The notes under the pieces were generated by a model. That model had not been told where the DNA came from and ran no database searches. It was given only the letters and a program-made list of their open reading frames with translations. A DNA stretch of 42,281 bases from Candidatus Limnocylindria bacterium (GTDB lineage: Bacteria > Chloroflexota > Limnocylindria > P2-11E): assembly GCA_036389995.1 (NCBI GenBank), contig DASWCR010000031.1, forward strand, positions 1 through 42,281. The letters are read 5' to 3'. The translations under genes and the position numbers were made by a program. Shown here in pieces: positions 36,337-42,281 of this stretch. Position 1 is the stretch's first letter. Each line of letters opens with the position of its first letter.

Positions 36337-36445
36337 TTCGTGGTGAGGAAGGGAAGGGTTGGGATTTCTTGTTATCGGACCCCACAAGCAGCAAGCCTCA
36401 TGCCAACCGAACACGCAGTCAGCCGCGGATGGGCCGATCGGCTCC

Positions 36446-37558
36446 ATGAAAGCCGAGGTTCTGTCGATCGGAACCGAGCTGCTGCTGGGCCAGATCGTCG
36501 ACACGAACGCGAATTACCTGGCGGGCCGGCTCGCCGTCCTGGGCATCGATTGCCTCCATATGCAGACCGTCGGGGACAACCTCGGCCGCGCCAAGCAAGC
36601 GTTCGAGCGAGCGCTCTCCCGAAGCGACCTGGTCGTGGCCACGGGAGGTCTCGGGCCGACCGAGGACGACCTGACGCGCGAGGCGATCGCGGCCGCTCTC
36701 GGCGAGACCCCGGCGGTCGACCCCGCCCTCGAGGCCGATCTGGTGGCGTGGTTCTCCGGGCGCGGCATCGTCATGCCCGACCGGAACCGGAAGCAGGCGT
36801 GGCTCATCCCTTCGGCCCGCGCGCTCGCGAACCCGAACGGCACCGCGCCCGGCTGGGACGTTCAGAAGGACGGCAAGCGGATCATCGCGATGCCCGGCGT
36901 CCCCCGCGAGATGACGCCGATGTGGGAATCGGTCGAACCGTCTCTCTTGAGAGGCGGCGCGCTGCGTTGGCGAACGCTAAAGCTTCTCGGCATCGGCGAG
37001 AGCGCGGTGGAGGAGAAGCTTGCGGAGCTCGTGCGCTCGACGAGTCCGACGGTCGCGACATACGCCAAGAACGACGGCGTGCACGTTCGCGTCGCCGACA
37101 AGGCCCCTACGCCCGAGGAAGCCGATCGGCGCGTCGCGGGTATGGAGCAAGCGATCCGCGAGCGCCTTGGCGAATACGTGTGGGGCACCGACGAAGAGAC
37201 GCTGCCCGCGGTCATCGGCCGCGGCCTCGAGGCGCGAAAGTGGCGCCTCGCGGTGGCCGAGTCGCTCTCGGCCGGCGACATCGCGCGAGCGCTTGCGGAG
37301 GCGCCCGGCGCGGCGAGTTGGTTCGTCGGCGCGATCGTGCGTCCATCGGCCGACGCCGAGACACTGGAGCGCGATGGGCGCGGACTCGGCGGAGAGGTCC
37401 TCTTGTTGACACCCTACGGCGCGGAGAGGAGCGAGCTCCGAGCGATCGTGCCTGGACGAACGAGGCGCCTCGACATTCGCTTCCGGTCGCCTGCCGACGG
37501 ACGGCGGCGCTCTCTCTTAAGCGGGCTGGACCTGCTGCGCAGGGCGCTCTCGGATTAG
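36446..37558 (+). CDS. cinA: CinA-family competence/damage-inducible protein (MoCF-binding domain plus PncC-like domain)
   Basis: MKAEVLSIGTELLLGQIVDTNANYLAGRLAVLGI...ATGGLGPTEDDLT N-terminus and a C-terminal VAESLSAGDIA...PGAASWFVGAIV block. The start is placed at the conserved MKAEV rather than the track TTG 36359. Confidence 0.85.
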   Translation: MKAEVLSIGTELLLGQIVDTNANYLAGRLAVLGIDCLHMQTVGDNLGRAKQAFERALSRSDLVVATGGLGPTEDDLTREAIAAALGETPAVDPALEADLVAWFSGRGIVMPDRNRKQAWLIPSARALANPNGTAPGWDVQKDGKRIIAMPGVPREMTPMWESVEPSLLRGGALRWRTLKLLGIGESAVEEKLAELVRSTSPTVATYAKNDGVHVRVADKAPTPEEADRRVAGMEQAIRERLGEYVWGTDEETLPAVIGRGLEARKWRLAVAESLSAGDIARALAEAPGAASWFVGAIVRPSADAETLERDGRGLGGEVLLLTPYGAERSELRAIVPGRTRRLDIRFRSPADGRRRSLLSGLDLLRRALSD

Positions 37559-38710
37559 CACGCCGCGGCGGTAGGGCCAGAGCAACCACGCGATGGCGAC
37601 GAAGAAAGCGACGGGCACGGCGATGCTGAAGGTCTCGTCGTGACGGAGCACCCCGATCGCGTAGAAGGCCGGCGAAACGAAAAGGAACGTGAGCGCCCCA
37701 CCGATCGCGAGCCACTTCGCGGCCTGCTCGCGGCCCGCGGCAGCGAGGACGCCCGAGGCGACCACGAGCGGGACGAAGAGCAGCACGTGGTCGTATGACC
37801 AGCTGTAGATGGCGCCCGCGCTCGAGAGCGCGAGCCACATCGCGAGCCAGGCGTCGCTCCCGGGATCGAATCGCGACGCGAGCACGATGCCCGCGCCGAT
37901 CACGGCGATCGCGAGCACGCGACCGGGCGTGCCGAGGAGCTGGCCGAACGCAGAGAGAAGGACTGCGGACCGGCCGGTGCGCCGCGCCGGGATGTCCGAA
38001 ATCCACGCCGGGAACCACTCGGGGTACGCAAGCCACGCGGAGACCACGAGCGCGCCGGCGAGCACGACCGCAAACGCGACGAATCGGCGGTAGCGGGAAT
38101 CGGAGAACGCCGGGATCGCCAGCCCAAGTGCGGTCCACACGAAGAGCTGCGGCTTCGCGAGAAGGGCGAGCGCGGCGAATCCGGCGCGGCGCGCGTGACC
38201 CGCGCGCACCGCAAGGACGATCGCCGCGACGGCCGACATGAGAAGGAGCGCCCATTGCCCGAGGACGATCGTGAGAACGCCGGGCTGCCCGACGAAGAGC
38301 GCGAGCCCGAGCAGGCCGTGCACGACGGAGCGGCCCGGCATGAACTCGCGAAGCAGGGCGCGCAGCGCGACGGCTGCGCAGATCATCGAGACCGCCATCC
38401 AGAGCCACCCCGCGACATCCAGAGGCAATAGACCGAGCGGGAGCAGAGCGATCACGGTCCAGGGCATGTAGTTCAGGACCGACGCATCGTCGCGCTGCGT
38501 GTCGAACGCGATGCGCGCCTGGGGATAATGCGCCGGATCCCAGGGGCTCACGCCAGCGAGGACGGCTCGCGGCCCGGCCCAGAAACCGGAGAAGTCGTTG
38601 ATGTGGAGGATCTCGAGCCGACGGTCGAGCGGTCCGAGGAGGACGACGACGAGGACGCCGAGCAAGATCGCCGCAAGATACGCAAGGTCGGCGCGGCGTT
38701 GGGGGCTCAC
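37517..38710 (-). CDS. Polytopic membrane protein, probably GT87/DUF2029-type glycosyltransferase
   Basis: About 10 TM helices. The N-terminal loop INDFSGFWAGPRAVLAGVSPWDPAHY resembles the DUF2029 signature. Confidence 0.55.
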   Translation of the reverse strand: MSPQRRADLAYLAAILLGVLVVVLLGPLDRRLEILHINDFSGFWAGPRAVLAGVSPWDPAHYPQARIAFDTQRDDASVLNYMPWTVIALLPLGLLPLDVAGWLWMAVSMICAAVALRALLREFMPGRSVVHGLLGLALFVGQPGVLTIVLGQWALLLMSAVAAIVLAVRAGHARRAGFAALALLAKPQLFVWTALGLAIPAFSDSRYRRFVAFAVVLAGALVVSAWLAYPEWFPAWISDIPARRTGRSAVLLSAFGQLLGTPGRVLAIAVIGAGIVLASRFDPGSDAWLAMWLALSSAGAIYSWSYDHVLLFVPLVVASGVLAAAGREQAAKWLAIGGALTFLFVSPAFYAIGVLRHDETFSIAVPVAFFVAIAWLLWPYRRGVLIRERPAQQVQPA

Positions 38711-38736
38711 GTAGCGAGGGCGATGCTAGGGCTTAC

Positions 38737-39810
38737 TTAGCGGTGTCGGGGTGTCGGCGATGGAGTTCGCCGGCTTCCTTCTTTCGCCTTCTTCGCGGAG
38801 GCCTTTGCTTCGTCGGCCGCCTTTCGCGCGGACTCGGCGGCGCGCTCCTTCTTCGAGACGCGCTCGTTTTGACCGCGAGCACTGTCGTTGGTCGCAGCCT
38901 CTCCCCCGCGAGGCGTCGCGCTGCCTGTCTGCGACGTGACATCACGGTCCGCGCCGGATGACGGCCGTGCATCAGTGGTGGGTGCGGGAATCGCCATCCG
39001 CTCCGCGAGAGAGGCGGCCTCGTCCGCCGTGTCCGCCGCGTCCTGCGCGATCGCCGCGGCCGGACTCAAACCGGCCGCAGGAGCGCCGCGCGCCGCTACG
39101 GCCGAGAGCGCCGCTGCCGCCGAAGCCCTGTTGGGATCGTCGGCCAGACGGGCCACGACCGCGGCGGCGGTCGCGCGATGTTCGTCGATCCGCTGCTGTA
39201 GCTGGACGACCAGCGTCGCTGTTTCCGGCTGGAGCGTCTCCACCTGAGCGAGCTCGGCCGCCGCGTTCGCCATGTGCTCGCCGTACTCGCTCGTCGCGAC
39301 GATCGCGTTGTCCTCGTCGCCGAGGGTCGCGAGCGCGGTGGCCTCGGCGAGCCGGTGCTCGGCGATCGACAGCTCGACAACGGCGCGATCCTCTGGCGAA
39401 GTCGCGAGCGCGAGTCGCATCTGCTCGGAGGTGGTCTTGACCGAGTACAGCGCGTCGTCCGCGACCGTGCCGGAGCTCACGACGGCGGTGCTCGCTCCGA
39501 TGGCGACGATAACGAGACCAACGGCGAGAGCTCGCATCGCGTACGGCGTCGGTCGGCCGAGCAGCTCGAATGCGATCGCGAGACGATCGACGAGCGTGGC
39601 GTTGTGCGGGTGCAGCCCAAAAAGGACGCGAGCCCTAATTCGGGAGCGCGTCCTGGCATCAGGCGCGGTGTACGGATCCTTGTGCAACCGGAGCGCAAGC
39701 CGGACCGTCTCGCGAAGCTGGGGGTCCTTGATGTCCTCAAGGAGCCGGTCGCCGCGCGCGACCTCGTCGATCAGCTTCGCGGTGTCCTTCGCGCTATGCC
39801 GTCCCACCAC
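38737..39810 (-). CDS. Membrane protein with DUF5667-like extracytoplasmic helical domain and basic C-terminal tail
   Basis: A cytoplasmic N-terminus and one TM helix (ALAVGLVIVAIGASTAVV), then ALYSVKTTSEQMRLALATSPEDRAVVELSIAEHRLAEA, and a Lys/Ala/Glu-rich tail. Confidence 0.5.
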   Translation of the reverse strand: MVGRHSAKDTAKLIDEVARGDRLLEDIKDPQLRETVRLALRLHKDPYTAPDARTRSRIRARVLFGLHPHNATLVDRLAIAFELLGRPTPYAMRALAVGLVIVAIGASTAVVSSGTVADDALYSVKTTSEQMRLALATSPEDRAVVELSIAEHRLAEATALATLGDEDNAIVATSEYGEHMANAAAELAQVETLQPETATLVVQLQQRIDEHRATAAAVVARLADDPNRASAAAALSAVAARGAPAAGLSPAAAIAQDAADTADEAASLAERMAIPAPTTDARPSSGADRDVTSQTGSATPRGGEAATNDSARGQNERVSKKERAAESARKAADEAKASAKKAKEGSRRTPSPTPRHR

Positions 39811-39875
39811 GCGTCTAACGGCCTGCCTGCTAGGCCGTTATCCGGACCGCTTTCAGGCTGGTCTCGGGCGTCCGA

Positions 39876-41693
39876 TCAGGGCTTCGGTGGGTCTGGGTCT
39901 ACGAGCGGGCCGCCCCAAACCGGGGCGTAGTGGCTCGCGAAGAAGTCCTGGTGGAGCACTTTCCCGTTCTCGTAGACCGTGCGCGTCTTGAAGACATCGC
40001 GGCCGGCGACGGTGACGCCCTTGGGGAACGCCGGGTCGGCGGGCTGATCCGCGGCCGGTTGCACGAAGTTCTTCTGGGTCGCCGCGCTCACCGCGACGGT
40101 CCGCCCCGTTGGGATCCCCCAGACGTCGATGGTGAGTGATGTCCAGTCGCTCCACGAGTAGATGAACACCGGATTCGCGGTGTCGTTGCGCCACTTGAAG
40201 TCGACGCCCGGTTCGAACACCGCGGCGTCGTAGCCGATCGGATAGCGATCGATGTAGTAGCCGTGCGCGTGTCGTTCGACGATCTCATATCCCTGCGCCG
40301 CAACGGCGTTGAAGATCGTCGTCGACACCTGGCAGAGGCCGCCGCCGATGACGTTCTCGTCCGAGCGGTTGTTAATGATCGCGCCCGCATACGCGTAGCC
40401 GCGCTCGACGGTCACCGGTCCAAGCAGCTCCCAGAACGAGAAGGTCTGGCCGGGAAGGATGACGACGCCGTCGAATTGCGACGCGCCGGTCGAGATGTTC
40501 GCGTGACGCGAAGCGCTCGGGGGGTAGTACGTCGTGAACGTCGACGTCCGCACAAGGTTCGGCAGGAGTGCCTTCGCCTGTTCGGTCGTGAACGCGGAGT
40601 GATCGACCGCGGCGGGCGCCGCGAGGTCCCGCGTCGCGCCGGTGGCGGGACGCACGAGCTCGTCAAGCACCATCGCGCGGAGCTTCTCCTGGTCGACCTT
40701 CACTCCACTCTCTGACGGGACGATCGACGGCACGTGATCGGCGTTCAGGTTGAACTTCGCGCTCTTGCCGGGGTGATCGAGAACGACACCGAGTGCGGTG
40801 GCCCAGCTCGCGACCCGCTCGTTCACGAGTGAGACCTCGTAGCGATACCTGACCGCGGGCGCGATCGCGTTTTGCGGGATCGCCGTGAGCTCGCCCGGCT
40901 TCGCGACGACACGGTCGATCGCCAGGAGGCTCGCGAGATACGTCGCATTTTCCGTAAAGGTCCGATCCTCGACGTGAACAGTGACCGGGGTGACTACCGC
41001 GGCCGCTCGCGCGTATGCCTCGTCGAAGCCGGACGCGTCGACGGCGGGGTACGACGTGCGAACGCGAAGAATGACCTCGCGATCGCCGAGCGAGTCGGCG
41101 GAGAGAAGTGCCGCGACCGTTCCGGCGCGATCGACCTCGCGGCCGAGCGCCGGTTGCGTGACCGCGAGACCGGACGTTGCCACGCGAAGCTCACCGGAGA
41201 CCGACGCGCGATCGGTGTCCCGGGCGGCGGCCGCCACCCATCGATCGAGCGCGTCGCCCTTCGCGTGCATGGCGAACGGGACGTTCGCCTCGCCGCGTAT
41301 GGCATCGATCCACGCCCCCAGTCGATCGAGGACGCTCCCGGACTTTCCATAGGCAAGCGCGGCGTTCACGGCCGCGTCGACGTCGGGTGCGATGCCGAGA
41401 TCGGCATTGGTCGCCTGCCACGTTCGCGACCCGTCCATGAGCACCACCGTTGACGACGCCCACGGCGCGGCGAGTTCGGCCGCGAGACGCTCGCGGATCG
41501 AACCTGCCTCCAGCGAGCTGATATCGACCCCGCCGACGGTCATGCCGGGAAGCGCGCGCTGCGCATACGCCGCGTCCGCCGCGAAGGCGGCGCCGGCAGC
41601 AAGCGCGATCGCGGCGACCGGGGCGACGGCGAACATCCACACGGCGCGACGTCCGGTCCGCGTTTGCTCGCCGCTTCTCGCGAATACCGCCAT
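39876..41693 (-). CDS. VanW/YoaR-family protein with N-terminal membrane anchor
   Basis: VILPGQTFSFWELLGPVTVERGYAYAGAI...GGGLCQVSTTIFNAVAAQGYEIVERHAHGYYIDRYPIGYDAAV is the VanW core. N-terminal TM helix AVWMFAVAPVAAIALAAGAAFA. Confidence 0.85.
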   Translation of the reverse strand: MAVFARSGEQTRTGRRAVWMFAVAPVAAIALAAGAAFAADAAYAQRALPGMTVGGVDISSLEAGSIRERLAAELAAPWASSTVVLMDGSRTWQATNADLGIAPDVDAAVNAALAYGKSGSVLDRLGAWIDAIRGEANVPFAMHAKGDALDRWVAAAARDTDRASVSGELRVATSGLAVTQPALGREVDRAGTVAALLSADSLGDREVILRVRTSYPAVDASGFDEAYARAAAVVTPVTVHVEDRTFTENATYLASLLAIDRVVAKPGELTAIPQNAIAPAVRYRYEVSLVNERVASWATALGVVLDHPGKSAKFNLNADHVPSIVPSESGVKVDQEKLRAMVLDELVRPATGATRDLAAPAAVDHSAFTTEQAKALLPNLVRTSTFTTYYPPSASRHANISTGASQFDGVVILPGQTFSFWELLGPVTVERGYAYAGAIINNRSDENVIGGGLCQVSTTIFNAVAAQGYEIVERHAHGYYIDRYPIGYDAAVFEPGVDFKWRNDTANPVFIYSWSDWTSLTIDVWGIPTGRTVAVSAATQKNFVQPAADQPADPAFPKGVTVAGRDVFKTRTVYENGKVLHQDFFASHYAPVWGGPLVDPDPPKP

Positions 41694-41956
41694 GCTTCTG
41701 CGCGCCTCCCCGAGCGCTCTAGTGCGCTCCCCTAAGCTTGAGCAACTTGCATGCCGTACAGCGCTCGCATGCTCGCTCGTCGTGAATCGTCCGCTTACCT
41801 AGACGAACGAAGTGTCATCCTCGTTCCGGTCACCAGGCGACTGATTTGAGACGTTAGCAACTACTACGTCTGTTTCCGAAGCGACATAGGGAATAGCGGA
41901 GCTATTTCATTCGGATTAGTTAGCACGGCGTAAATGCACGCGAATCCCAATCGGAG

Positions 41957-41996
41957 CGCGGCGGATCGCAGAGGACGCGCATCCGGGTGTGCGGGT
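41957..41996. repeat. Direct repeat, copy 1
   Basis: CGCGGCGGATCGCAGAGGACGCGC (24 nt, exact) followed after 5 nt by GGTGTGCGGGT. The partner copy is at 42162. Confidence 0.6.
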
Positions 41997-42106
41997 CCTG
42001 TCACGGGCTCGGGGTCGCGCGCTCGCCTACCGGCCCGCTTCCCACCACTTGGGATCGATCGCTGGCGACGCCGGCCAGTCAACGGCTAGCGCGCAACCCG
42101 CTCCCC

Positions 42107-42204
42107 CGTGCCACCCGCACAGTGCCCGGACCCCTCCGATCCCAGGAAGAAAACTCGGAAACGCGGCGGATCGCAGAGGACGCGCGCGGTGTGCGGGTGG
42201 CACG
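42107..42204. repeat. 14-nt perfect inverted repeat flanking direct-repeat copy 2
   Basis: CGTGCCACCCGCAC (42107-42120) is the exact reverse complement of GTGCGGGTGGCACG (42191-42204). Confidence 0.6.
42162..42198. repeat. Direct repeat, copy 2
   Basis: The identical 24-mer is followed after 2 nt by GGTGTGCGGGT, 205 nt downstream of copy 1. Confidence 0.6.
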
Positions 42205-42281
42205 GCGCAGCGGGTCCCTCGCGAAGCGCGGGTGCCGGGGGACCCGCCCGCAGCGAACGGAGTGAGCTGCACGGCGGGGAG

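Noticed and set aside
36359-36445. TTG 36359 start for cinA, preceded by the purine-rich GGTGAGGAAGGGAAGGG
   Set aside because: CinA family proteins begin at the conserved MKAEV...GTELL segment (ATG 36446), and the 29 extra residues have no counterpart. The purine-rich tract is instead noted in the orphan-hairpin finding.
41957-42198. Possible CRISPR array at the right edge
   Set aside because: There are only two repeat copies, the 205-nt spacing is far larger than CRISPR spacers, the repeats have indels at their ends, and no cas genes are in the window.

Overview
GC-rich bacterial chromosomal segment with high coding density, G/C-dominated third codon positions and many 1-8 nt stop/start overlaps. 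The gene content is a T-box-controlled valS, a LysW-type lysWXYZJK operon, an F420-dependent DDN-family oxidoreductase, YtfJ/GerW, DUF5679, a GT87-like membrane protein and VanW. This suggests a Terrabacteria lineage (Chloroflexota, Actinomycetota or Dormibacterota-like), but taxonomy cannot be assigned from the sequence alone. Housekeeping genes (valS, clpP-clpX, tig, lysWXYZJK, cinA, tRNA-Leu(UAG), tRNA-Lys(CUU)) are interleaved with unusually dense cyclic-nucleotide and two-component signalling. This includes a 1187-aa TM-GAFx3-HD-GYP-GAF-GGDEF protein, a GAF histidine kinase with two response regulators, a REC-GGDEF variant with GGDDF, a TM-GAF-GGDEF protein and a CHASE2 class III cyclase cassette. 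I recognise no transposase, integrase, CRISPR array, toxin-antitoxin pair or classical defence gene. The two best candidates for an undescribed system are inferences from domain architecture and gene order, not demonstrated novelty. The first is the translationally coupled four-gene cassette CHASE2-cyclase / GAF / GAF-HD-GYP / MBL hydrolase (21145-25678, minus strand). The second is the operon of GAF histidine kinase, CheY-like REC and REC fused to an atypical MinD/ParA (CpaE/TadZ-like) ATPase (10815-14427), which sits between tig and clpPX. Features not in the ORF track are a 54-aa LysW gene ending in EDWGE, a Val (GUC) T-box leader with intrinsic terminator, two tRNAs, a 1-nt frameshift in a dienelactone hydrolase gene, an orphan terminator-like hairpin next to a CU-rich tract, and unexplained direct and inverted repeats at the right-hand edge.
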